40,787 nt of DNA, taken from assembly GCA_003670475.1 (NCBI GenBank), contig QWRJ01000005.1, positions 5,216 to 46,002 on the forward strand, written 5' to 3'. Below are positions 27,134-35,033 of the stretch, piece after piece. Positions within the stretch are counted from its first letter, which is position 1, and each line of letters opens with the position of its first letter. Under the pieces are notes generated by a model. The model saw nothing but the letters and a program-made list of their open reading frames with translations. It was not told where the DNA came from and ran no database searches. The position numbers were made by a program, and so were the translations under genes. Origin of the DNA: Candidatus Limnocylindrus sp. ZSMar2m-chloro-G89 (lineage in GTDB: Bacteria; Chloroflexota; Limnocylindria; Limnocylindrales; Limnocylindraceae).

Positions 27134-27226
27134 TTAGCGCGCGAGAAGTCGCGGGGCGGGAGACGACGGCCGTCGACAGATGGACGGCTCCCCGGCTACG
27201 GACGCGATTAGTTCTGCTGCACTCAT
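27134..27226 (-). CDS. Putative leaderless leader peptide, 30 aa (MSAAELIASVAGEPSICRRPSSPAPRLLAR)
   Basis: -10 TAGAGT (27233-27238) exactly 6 nt before ATG, as at other leaderless genes here; one Cys codon; followed by a structured spacer of about 100 nt. Confidence 0.5.
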   Translation of the reverse strand: MSAAELIASVAGEPSICRRPSSPAPRLLAR

Positions 27227-27252
27227 GCTGTAACTCTACCCGAGGAGCAGCA

Positions 27253-27642
27253 TCACGACTTGTTGCGCCACGTTGCAATTGCCTTCTGCGTGGTCTCCAG
27301 GCCAAGCAGGGCGCAGTGGATCCGAGCTGGGCCCACCTCAATCCCGAGCAGCTCCGTCACGTACGGGGTCCCCAGTTCGGTGATCTCATCGGCGCGCTTG
27401 CCGCGCAGTTCGTCCGTGAGGAGCGAAGCGGAAGCCTGCGAGATGGCGCAGCCGCGACCACTAAAGGCAACGTCCGTGATCACGCCAGCGTCGTCCAGCT
27501 TCAACTGCATCGTGACCAGGTCGCCGCAGCTCGGGTTGCGGCCATCAATGCTGACGCTCGGCTGCTCGAGTGCACCAAAGTTGTGCGGCGCACGGTGATG
27601 CTCAAGGATCTGCTCTCTATAAAGATCGTCAACACCGCCCAC
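27253..27642 (-). CDS. sufU: SUF system NifU-family protein SufU
   Basis: LYREQILEH, NPSCGD, GCAISQASAS, ARIHCALL. Confidence 0.93.
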   Translation of the reverse strand: MGGVDDLYREQILEHHRAPHNFGALEQPSVSIDGRNPSCGDLVTMQLKLDDAGVITDVAFSGRGCAISQASASLLTDELRGKRADEITELGTPYVTELLGIEVGPARIHCALLGLETTQKAIATWRNKS

Positions 27643-27653
27643 AGCAGCCGCTC

Positions 27654-28910
27654 CTATCGCTCGAAGATCTTCCGCGCATCGCGCAGCCCCTCAAAGAGGG
27701 CATCGAGGTCTTCGTCGGTGGTGTACGGCGCCACGCTCACCCGCGCCGTGGCCGAGAGTTCCAGCTGTTCGTGAAGCGGCATGGCGCAGTGGTGTCCAGC
27801 GCGAATCGCCACCCCGCGTCGATCCAGGATGGTGGCGAGGTCGTGGGCGTGCACCAGGTCGCTAGAGAAGCTCACTAAGCCCGCGCGATCCTTCGCGTTC
27901 TTTGGCCCAAGGATGCGCGCATCTGGAAGGGCCTCTGGAAGTTCGCGCAGCACGCGCTCAAGCATGCGCACCTCATGGTCATGAATCTGCTGGCGACCGA
28001 GTTCGTCAAGGAACTCGCAGGCGGCGGCGAGCGCCACCGTGCCAGATGCATCGGGCGTCCCCGCCTCAAAGCGTTGCGTCCCTTCCGCAAATGTTGCGTC
28101 GCGTAGGCGCACTTCGCGAATCATGTCGCCGCCCGTCTCAATCGGCGCCATTGCCTCAAGGAGGTTCGCGCGCGCCCAGAGTCCGCCGCCGGAGAAGAGT
28201 CCGCCCATCTTGTGTGCGCTAAACGCGTAGAAGTCTGCGCCAGTACCCAAGATGTTCACTGGCATATTCGCTACTGCTTGGCATCCATCAACAGCAAGGA
28301 GTCCACCAACTGAATGAATCTGTGGTGCGATCTGCGCGAGTGGGGCAATAGAACCGAGCACATTGGAGACGTGTCCAATTGCAACGATCTTCGGGCGCAG
28401 CTTCAGTAGTCCGTCTAAACGATCCCAAAGGATCTCGCCGGTCACATCATCAACGGGGATGAACTCAAGGTCTGCGTCCACTTCACGCGTCACCTGCTGC
28501 CACGGAATCAGATTCGCGTGATGCTCCGCCTCCGTCACCAACACCACATCGCCACGCGAAAGGTTGCCCTTACCCCATGAACGTGCAACAAGGTTCAGTG
28601 CCTCCGTGGCGCTGCCGAGCATCACGAGTTCAGTTGCGGGAACGCCGAGGAATGTTGCGGTGCGCGTGCGCGCCGCCTCATACGCATCCGTTGCCATGGA
28701 GCCGAGCGTGTACGCGCCGCGATGCGGATTCGCATTGCCAGTGAGCAGGAACTCGGAGACGGCATCAATTACAGGCTTCGGTCGTTGCGCCGTTGCGGCG
28801 GAGTCGAGGTAGTGCAGTGGGCGGCCGCCAGGCTTCGTTGCAAGGATCGGATATGCGGCGCGAACCTTTGCTGGATCAAGTTGCCCGGCTGGGGTGTGCC
28901 AGGCGGTCAT
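27654..28910 (-). CDS. sufS: SufS-type cysteine desulfurase
   Basis: [41 protein letters not shown] (type II motif). Confidence 0.93.
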   Translation of the reverse strand: MTAWHTPAGQLDPAKVRAAYPILATKPGGRPLHYLDSAATAQRPKPVIDAVSEFLLTGNANPHRGAYTLGSMATDAYEAARTRTATFLGVPATELVMLGSATEALNLVARSWGKGNLSRGDVVLVTEAEHHANLIPWQQVTREVDADLEFIPVDDVTGEILWDRLDGLLKLRPKIVAIGHVSNVLGSIAPLAQIAPQIHSVGGLLAVDGCQAVANMPVNILGTGADFYAFSAHKMGGLFSGGGLWARANLLEAMAPIETGGDMIREVRLRDATFAEGTQRFEAGTPDASGTVALAAACEFLDELGRQQIHDHEVRMLERVLRELPEALPDARILGPKNAKDRAGLVSFSSDLVHAHDLATILDRRGVAIRAGHHCAMPLHEQLELSATARVSVAPYTTDEDLDALFEGLRDARKIFER

Positions 28911-29770
28911 GCTCCGGCTGGTGCCACCGGCGGTGCCGCCGCCTCATCTGCCGTTGGGTTGATCCCGTTCTCAGCGAGGATCGGCGCGTAGCCTTCCTTC
29001 TCAAGTCGGTGTGCAAGCTCTGGTCCGCCAGAGGTCACGATGCGACCGCGCGCCAGGACGTGCACAAACTGCGGCTTCAAGTAATCAAGGAGTCGCTGGT
29101 AGTGCGTGATCACCAGTACGCCGAGCTCTGGGGAGAGCATCGTGTTGACGCCCTCCGCAACGATGCGTAGTGCGTCAATGTCAAGGCCAGAGTCGGTCTC
29201 ATCGAGCACCGCCATCTCTGGCTTCATCAGCGCCATCTGCAACATTTCCAGGCGCTTCTTCTCACCGCCAGAGAATCCGTCATTGACGTAGCGCGTCATA
29301 AAGGCTTCATCCATCTTCAACTGCGTCAACTTCTCCTTGACCAGCTTGCGGAACTCGCCCATCGTCATGCCGCCCTTCACTGGATCTGACGGATCAAACT
29401 CTGGGTCGCGCACCAACCCCGAGCGACGCGCGTTCATTGCGGTGCGCAGGAAGCTCGCAACGGAGAGTCCAGGGATTGCCGTTGGATACTGGAAGGCCAA
29501 GAAGAGGCCGAAGCGCGAGCGCTGATCTGGCGAGAAGTCGAGGAGGTTTTGCCCCTTCCAGTGGACTTCGCCGCTGATGATCTCGTAGCCCGGGTGTCCC
29601 ATCAGCGCGTAGCTGAGGGTGGTCTTCCCTGAGCCGTTCGGCCCCATGATCGCGTGGACTTCGCCAGGCCTGATCGTGAGCGTGATCCCATCAAGGATGT
29701 GCTTCGTTAGTTCAGACTTTGGCGCAACGACCAGATCCTTAATCACTAGGTGCGCAGATGTGTCAGCCAT
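28907..29770 (-). CDS. sufC: Fe-S cluster assembly ATPase SufC
   Basis: [53 protein letters not shown]. Confidence 0.96.
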   Translation of the reverse strand: MADTSAHLVIKDLVVAPKSELTKHILDGITLTIRPGEVHAIMGPNGSGKTTLSYALMGHPGYEIISGEVHWKGQNLLDFSPDQRSRFGLFLAFQYPTAIPGLSVASFLRTAMNARRSGLVRDPEFDPSDPVKGGMTMGEFRKLVKEKLTQLKMDEAFMTRYVNDGFSGGEKKRLEMLQMALMKPEMAVLDETDSGLDIDALRIVAEGVNTMLSPELGVLVITHYQRLLDYLKPQFVHVLARGRIVTSGGPELAHRLEKEGYAPILAENGINPTADEAAAPPVAPAGA

Positions 29771-29783
29771 GGGACCCCCTTTA

Positions 29784-30266
29784 TTACTTCTGCTTCAGTG
29801 TAATCGGTGCGCCTGGAACCGCCAGATCGGCGAGGGTGAAGGAGTCGAGCGCCTCAGAGACCGAGTCACGCACGCGGGCCCAGAGCTGCACCACGGAGCA
29901 GTTCCCCGTCTTACTGCAGGAACTGCCGTCGCCCTCAAGACAGGTCATCGGGACGATCGGCCCTTCGAGCGCGCGGAGTACGTCACCCATTCGCACCTCA
30001 TTCGCCGGACGGGCGAGTCGATACCCACCGTGCGCACCGCGCGCGCTATCAATGATCCCTACGTCGCGCAGGCTGCCAACAATCTGTTCCAAATAGGCAC
30101 GCGGAAGATCTTCCGCCTCTGCAATGTCAGTTAGCGAGACCGGCTCGCCGTGGTCCATTCGCGCAAGCGCCACCATGAAGCGCACGCCATATTCACCGCG
30201 CGTGCTGAAGGCCACTGCACCCGTACCGTGCAGTCCGCGTGCGACTGGCTCCTGGTGCTCACTCAA
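29784..30266 (-). CDS. Rrf2 family regulator with three Cys (IscR-like)
   Basis: [26 protein letters not shown]-x7-C-x5-C. TTG start at 30266 follows GGAGG; the in-frame ATG at 30308 is an alternative. Confidence 0.9.
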   Translation of the reverse strand: MSEHQEPVARGLHGTGAVAFSTRGEYGVRFMVALARMDHGEPVSLTDIAEAEDLPRAYLEQIVGSLRDVGIIDSARGAHGGYRLARPANEVRMGDVLRALEGPIVPMTCLEGDGSSCSKTGNCSVVQLWARVRDSVSEALDSFTLADLAVPGAPITLKQK

Positions 30267-30299
30267 TGCGCCTCCATACCGTGTACGCACCACGGATAT

Positions 30300-30317
30300 T
30301 CCGACCATCTGGTCAGA
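30300..30317. promoter_or_regulatory. Candidate Rrf2 operator palindrome
   Basis: TCCGACCA-TC-TGGTCAGA (7 of 8 symmetric), just downstream of a minus-strand -10 TACGCT (30322-30327). Confidence 0.6.
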
Positions 30318-30337
30318 TTTGAGCGTATCCTATTTAC

Positions 30338-31351
30338 ATGTCTGAAAACGAGACACTCCTAGAACAGATCCGCGCGGTGCTCCCAGCGGGGACCACACTC
30401 CGTCCAGTGCAACCAGCAGTTGACGCGGCCACGCTCGTAGAGCTTGTCAATGCAGATTCGGCGCATGTGGGGAATCCGATCCGTGACTCCGTCGACGACA
30501 TCATGGAAGAGCTCACTCACAGCGATGTTGATGCGGCGCGTGACACGTTGATCGCCGCTGCGCCAGACGGAACTGCGATTGGTTTCGCCTTTGCGAACCG
30601 CGTGACGAATCCCGAGAAGCCGCGCGTCTTCCTCTTCGGCAGAGTGCATCCAGCACACCAGGGGCGTGGGATTGGACGGGCGCTCCTTCGCTGGACCAAG
30701 GCGCGCGCCGAAGAGATTTTGGACGGACATCCGCGCGGCACGGTGCAGGTGCAGAACTTTGAGGGTGATGCGCGCGCACGCCGACTCTGTGAATCTGAAG
30801 GTGCGCGAGCGATTCGCTGGTTCGCTGAGATGGCGCACAAGTTCGCGGAGACAAGAGAAGAAGCTGCCGCTCCGCTATCAGCCGGCCTGCGAGTCGTGCC
30901 GTATGCAGAGGTGGATACGGAACAGTTGCGCCTGCTACACAACCACTGCTTCGCCGACCATTGGGGTTCAGCAGCGTTCACAGAAGTGACGTGGCGTGAA
31001 CGCATTGAAGCAAGTTCAGTGCGCATGGCGGCATCTGAGGCAGTGATTGATGAACACGGAGTGCCCGTTGCGTATCAGATCAGCGAGGAGTTCCCACAAG
31101 ACGTGGAGACGCTTGGCAACCTGCGTTGGCTCGGAACGCTCGGCGTGCACCGTGAGCATCGCGGCAAGGGACTTGCAACGCACCTCATCCAACGGCATCT
31201 CTCCCAAGCGCGACGCGAAGGGTTTGAGGGTTCCATGCTCGGCGTGGACGCTGATTCACTGACTGGCGCGAACGCGCTCTATGAGCGACTTGGTTACACG
31301 CGACTCCAAGGGAGCGTTCGCTACATCTTTGGTGACGCGGACTTCTCCTAG
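30338..31351 (+). CDS. Tandem-domain GNAT acetyltransferase (MshD-like architecture)
   Basis: VHPAHQGRGIG and VHREHRGKGLA motifs, GVDADS..GA..LYERLGY. Confidence 0.88.
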   Translation: MSENETLLEQIRAVLPAGTTLRPVQPAVDAATLVELVNADSAHVGNPIRDSVDDIMEELTHSDVDAARDTLIAAAPDGTAIGFAFANRVTNPEKPRVFLFGRVHPAHQGRGIGRALLRWTKARAEEILDGHPRGTVQVQNFEGDARARRLCESEGARAIRWFAEMAHKFAETREEAAAPLSAGLRVVPYAEVDTEQLRLLHNHCFADHWGSAAFTEVTWRERIEASSVRMAASEAVIDEHGVPVAYQISEEFPQDVETLGNLRWLGTLGVHREHRGKGLATHLIQRHLSQARREGFEGSMLGVDADSLTGANALYERLGYTRLQGSVRYIFGDADFS

Positions 31352-32307
31352 CGCGCTGCGCTAACCACTGCCTGCATCATGCGGATGTTCTCTGCGCCAC
31401 GCTGCGCAGAAGTGACGGGGGTCGTTCCGCTCAGCGCGCATGAGGAGAGGTGCGCAAACTGCGCGTCATACACGTTTGCCCGCTCTAGTGCGATCTGCTC
31501 CGTGACGCCGCTGCGCTCCAGCTCAAGATGACCGGCGAAGTCGCGACCCCACCACTCGTTACTCCGCAGTGCGCCGCCATCACCAGCGATCTCAAAGTAG
31601 TTCTCATCTGTGCTCCAGCGCGAAGAGAGATGCACACTCACGCCGCTTGCAAGTTCAAGCTCTGCAACGGCATCACCATCGCCTGAATCTGTGCGAACGC
31701 TCTGCACGCGTGCAACGGGACCGAGGAGACGCGTGATCGTGTCAATCGCATGCACGCCCATGTCGTACAGCGCACCAAAAGCTGCCGCATCACCCGTAGC
31801 TGGCGCAACGCCATCACGGCGGAGTGAACCAGGTTCAGCCAGGAACGATGCGTCAATTCGTGCGCTGCGCACGCTGCCGATCGCGCCACGCGTAAGGAGC
31901 TCGCGTGCCGCCACGACGGGAGGTGCCCACTCCATGCAGTGCGCCACGGCGAGCATCCTGCCGCTCGCATCGGCTGCGGTGATCATCTGCTCACACTCAG
32001 CAACCGAGTGTGCCATCGGCTTCTCCACGATCACGTGGAGGCCGCGACGTAGTGCTGCGATCGCGCCGGCCGCATGCGCACTGTTCGGCGTCACCAGCAC
32101 CACACCGTCAATCAGGCTCGTATCAATGGACTCAATGGAGTGAAAGGCGTGTGGTGCGCCAACGCGCGCGGCGGCCGCTGCGGCGCGCGATGGGTCGCGG
32201 CTGATTGCTGCGGCGAGTGTTGAACCTGTTGCACGTGCAAGTGCTGGCGCGATCCAATCGAGTGCGAAGTCGCTCGTCCCAACGAGTCCCCAGCGGATCG
32301 ACGACAC
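31348..32307 (-). CDS. Gfo/Idh/MocA family oxidoreductase
   Basis: RWGLVG, TPNSAH, HVIVEKPMA, GALYDMGVHAID. Confidence 0.9.
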   Translation of the reverse strand: MSSIRWGLVGTSDFALDWIAPALARATGSTLAAAISRDPSRAAAAAARVGAPHAFHSIESIDTSLIDGVVLVTPNSAHAAGAIAALRRGLHVIVEKPMAHSVAECEQMITAADASGRMLAVAHCMEWAPPVVAARELLTRGAIGSVRSARIDASFLAEPGSLRRDGVAPATGDAAAFGALYDMGVHAIDTITRLLGPVARVQSVRTDSGDGDAVAELELASGVSVHLSSRWSTDENYFEIAGDGGALRSNEWWGRDFAGHLELERSGVTEQIALERANVYDAQFAHLSSCALSGTTPVTSAQRGAENIRMMQAVVSAAR

Positions 32308-32325
32308 GACTGCCGCCTTCGCGCG

Positions 32326-32958
32326 CTATTCGCGGACGGGTGTCTGAGAGACGGAGCGGGTAGCGGAGGCCTCGAGCGTCTCCGCTTGGCGCGCCAGGAG
32401 CCAGAGGAGATCAGCAAGGCGATTCAGATAGGCGAGCAGATGCTCACCCGGTAGAAGCCCTTCTCGTCCGAGCGTGACGCACCAGCGCTCTGCACGACGA
32501 ATAATGGTGCGCGCAAGCTCAATCGCGGAAGAGGCCTTGCTTGAACCAGGGATGACGAAGTCCTTCGGGAAGACGATCGCCGCCTCCGTTGTGGCGAGCA
32601 GCGCATTGATGCGCGCGAGCATCTTTGGTGAGACCTTGGTGCGGCCATCTTCAAGCCTGCTCCATGCGTCTGGGTTTGTAGCAAGCTCTGCGCCAACAAC
32701 AAAGAGGTCACGCTGAATGGAGAGGATCGTTTCGTCGAGTGCGGCAATCCCAGCGCCGCCCAGCCCGATCAGTTCGGCGCGCGCCATACCGAGCGCCGCT
32801 GTTGCCTCATCCACCGTGCCGTACGCTTCGGTGCGCACGTCATCTTTGGAGATTCGGTTGCCGCCGAAAAGAAGTCCGGTCGTCCCTTCATCGCCCTTCC
32901 CTGTGGCGACCTTGCTCGGCGGAAGCTTCAGCTCTTCGTTTGCGCCGTCGCTGCTCAC
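32326..32958 (-). CDS. PduO-type ATP:cob(I)alamin adenosyltransferase
   Basis: TGKGDEGTT, EAYGTVDE, IQRDLF..GAELA, ARTIIRRAER, YLNRLADLLW. GTG start at 32958 overlaps the upstream TGA. Confidence 0.92.
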   Translation of the reverse strand: MSSDGANEELKLPPSKVATGKGDEGTTGLLFGGNRISKDDVRTEAYGTVDEATAALGMARAELIGLGGAGIAALDETILSIQRDLFVVGAELATNPDAWSRLEDGRTKVSPKMLARINALLATTEAAIVFPKDFVIPGSSKASSAIELARTIIRRAERWCVTLGREGLLPGEHLLAYLNRLADLLWLLARQAETLEASATRSVSQTPVRE

Positions 32959-33275
32959 CAGGCGAGGCCCGCGTCTTTTGGATCCCAACGCTCAGCAAGG
33001 AGTGTCACCTTCACCGAGTGTTCGAGCACCGACTCCGCCGCCTCTTTCACCTGCGCCAGCATCGAGCCAGCGTACGGGCAGAACGGCGTTGTCAGGATCA
33101 TCTTCACTTCGGACTCCGTCTCGCCAACGATCACCTGGCGAATCAGCGCAAGCTCCACCACGTTCATGCCGATCTCCGGATCAACAACGGAACGGAGTGC
33201 GTCCAGGATGGCGAGTTCGGTGGCGCGCTTCTGCGCGTCAAAGGCGCTCGGCGCTGCAAGAGTCTCTTCTGTCAT
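32955..33275 (-). CDS. DUF59/SufT (PaaD-like) metal-sulfur cluster assembly factor
   Basis: VVDPEIGMNVVELALI, LTTPFCP; GAGGAGG SD. Confidence 0.9.
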   Translation of the reverse strand: MTEETLAAPSAFDAQKRATELAILDALRSVVDPEIGMNVVELALIRQVIVGETESEVKMILTTPFCPYAGSMLAQVKEAAESVLEHSVKVTLLAERWDPKDAGLAW

Positions 33276-33297
33276 CGTGCCTCCTCTTTTCGCTCGC

Positions 33298-33573
33298 CTA
33301 CGCCAGCGCCGCTTCGGCAGGCGTTAAACCTGGACCCTGCAACTGACCGTTGGTATCAAAGAACTCTGCATAGTGTTCGCGATTCGCTGCGGCGAACTCA
33401 TAGGCCCGCGCAATGCCAACCACACGCAACTCTGGCATCTCACCCATCAAGCGCTGCGCGTCGTAGCCGCTTGCGCGCAACTCAAGCAACCTTCGCACCG
33501 TGAGCCGCGTGCCGTAGACGAACGGTTCGCCATTCATCACGAGCGGATCGCTCTTCACCCACTTGATGGTCAT
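33298..33573 (-). CDS. DUF433 domain protein
   Basis: DPLVMNGEPFVYGTRLTV, MPEL; GGGAG SD before ATG 33573. Confidence 0.8.
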   Translation of the reverse strand: MTIKWVKSDPLVMNGEPFVYGTRLTVRRLLELRASGYDAQRLMGEMPELRVVGIARAYEFAAANREHYAEFFDTNGQLQGPGLTPAEAALA

Positions 33574-33574
33574 C

Positions 33575-34057
33575 TCAGGCTCCCTTGTAGATAGCTTTAA
33601 GGATGCGGTTGCGCTTACGCTCATCGCCGCCAAGCCGACGATGCCACTTCAGCACAGCGATCCCCTCGGTGAGCGCGCTGTCCGCAAAGGCCGCCGCCTC
33701 GCCAGTAATCGTAGAAGCAACAGCAACACGTAGTCCTTCATAGAGATCGGTGACGTCATCCATAGAGATGCGCCTGCGGCGCCACGTTGCGGTGGCGTGC
33801 TCGGTGAAGTTCTTCAGCGGCGCAACGCTTCCAGCACCAACGCTTTCGCAGAGTTTCTGTAGCACCACTTCGGCGTCGCGCAGCAGGTGCCGCAAGCCAA
33901 GGTCGCCAACGCGGTCACGCAGCTCGGGGTTGAACTCAACAGCGGCAATAATGCCGCGATCTGCAACTTCACTCCAACGCGCGCTGATTTGCGCCGCGGC
34001 CTCAGGGAAGCCTGCGCTTGTGTCCAGCGGTCGTGTGCCGTGCAGTGGGTGACTCAT
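33575..34057 (-). CDS. Hypothetical all-helical protein, possibly globin/phycobiliprotein-like fold
   Basis: 160 aa; LRDAEVVLQKLCESVGAGSVAPL resembles the phycobiliprotein RD-helix pattern; leaderless -10 upstream. Confidence 0.65.
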   Translation of the reverse strand: MSHPLHGTRPLDTSAGFPEAAAQISARWSEVADRGIIAAVEFNPELRDRVGDLGLRHLLRDAEVVLQKLCESVGAGSVAPLKNFTEHATATWRRRRISMDDVTDLYEGLRVAVASTITGEAAAFADSALTEGIAVLKWHRRLGGDERKRNRILKAIYKGA

Positions 34058-34081
34058 GCGGTCAAGGGTAGCAGCGACGCC

Positions 34082-34594
34082 TCACCAGAGGTCCGTGCGG
34101 TCGCTCTTCTGCGGCGTGCTCTTCCGATTCAGCGCGTGCTCTTCATGTTCTGCCGCCTCCTTGCGAGCGGCGTTAATCGCCGCCTGAAGCGCGCTCGCGC
34201 CGCCAACTAAGCCATGTGGCGCCTCGTGCAGGTGATCGGGGAGGCCGGTCTTCTCGGCATCAGCGCGGGGACGTGTCTCGCCGAGGAAGGGCATCCCTTG
34301 GCGCTCTACCGCATCAAGTGAGGCACGCATCACGGCACCCTTGGCACTCACCACACTACGAATCTCCTGCGCCTCTTCGTTAGGACTGATCTCGCGACCA
34401 CGGAGCGGCTGCGCAATGCGGCCAACATCAAGCCAGGCCAGGTGATAGCGATCCATGGAGCCCCACGCATCTGCAAGGAGCGCGTCACTCGCGGCGAGCC
34501 AGGTGTTCAGCGCGGCACGAGATGGTGCACGGTCAATGCGCTCCCCCTCCTCAAGGAGGCGGCGAGTCTGCGAGATCAGATCCTCACGCTTCAT
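34082..34594 (-). CDS. Hypothetical protein (170 aa)
   Basis: Fills the gap in a same-strand gene run; protein-like composition (WGSMDRYHLAWL). Confidence 0.7.
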   Translation of the reverse strand: MKREDLISQTRRLLEEGERIDRAPSRAALNTWLAASDALLADAWGSMDRYHLAWLDVGRIAQPLRGREISPNEEAQEIRSVVSAKGAVMRASLDAVERQGMPFLGETRPRADAEKTGLPDHLHEAPHGLVGGASALQAAINAARKEAAEHEEHALNRKSTPQKSDRTDLW

Positions 34595-34603
34595 CGCAGC
34601 AGA

Positions 34604-35005
34604 TCAGCGGTCGCCCGCGACGCGGTCGGTGCGCGCAAAGTTGTCGAGCTCGGCGCGGCAGGCAACTTCCGCCTTCTCTACTTGGCGCTGCAGCCAGCCG
34701 GTCATGCGCGAAGAATCTTCAAGGTGGATCAGCGTCCCGTTTGGTGAATCGTTCAGCGCGAAGCCGGTGGTGGTGCGGAAGTCGGAGAACCAGTTCGACT
34801 GCAGCTGCAGTAGCTCATCCGCAACCACGCGCGTCTCAAAGAGCCAGTCGGTGTGCGCCGCATTCAGCGCATCTGCAACCGCCGCCACGCGCTCACCAAA
34901 GCCACGAGGACGCACAAGCAGCAGTGCAGCAACACGCACAGCGGTGAACGGCGATCGCGCTTCGGCGATCACTGGCGGCCACGGCAGGTGTGGGGCGTCA
35001 CTCAT
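34604..35005 (-). CDS. Hypothetical protein (133 aa, MSDAPHLPWPP...)
   Basis: Start moved to ATG 35005, 6 nt after GATACT; the track's 5' extension overlaps kamA. Confidence 0.7.
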   Translation of the reverse strand: MSDAPHLPWPPVIAEARSPFTAVRVAALLLVRPRGFGERVAAVADALNAAHTDWLFETRVVADELLQLQSNWFSDFRTTTGFALNDSPNGTLIHLEDSSRMTGWLQRQVEKAEVACRAELDNFARTDRVAGDR

Positions 35006-35033
35006 GAGCGAAGTATCCCACTCAAGCGAAGAG

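Noticed and set aside
27045-27230. SAM-I/IV riboswitch, suggested by GGUGGAAGGGAC
   Set aside because: The core elements AUCxAGAG, GCAACC and GUGC are missing. The region is reported as a leader-peptide candidate instead.
28230-28440. Local GC dip inside sufS suggesting a recombined patch
   Set aside because: One 60-nt line is about 48% GC, but neighbouring lines (55-57%) match another sufS line I counted. Too weak without a computed profile.
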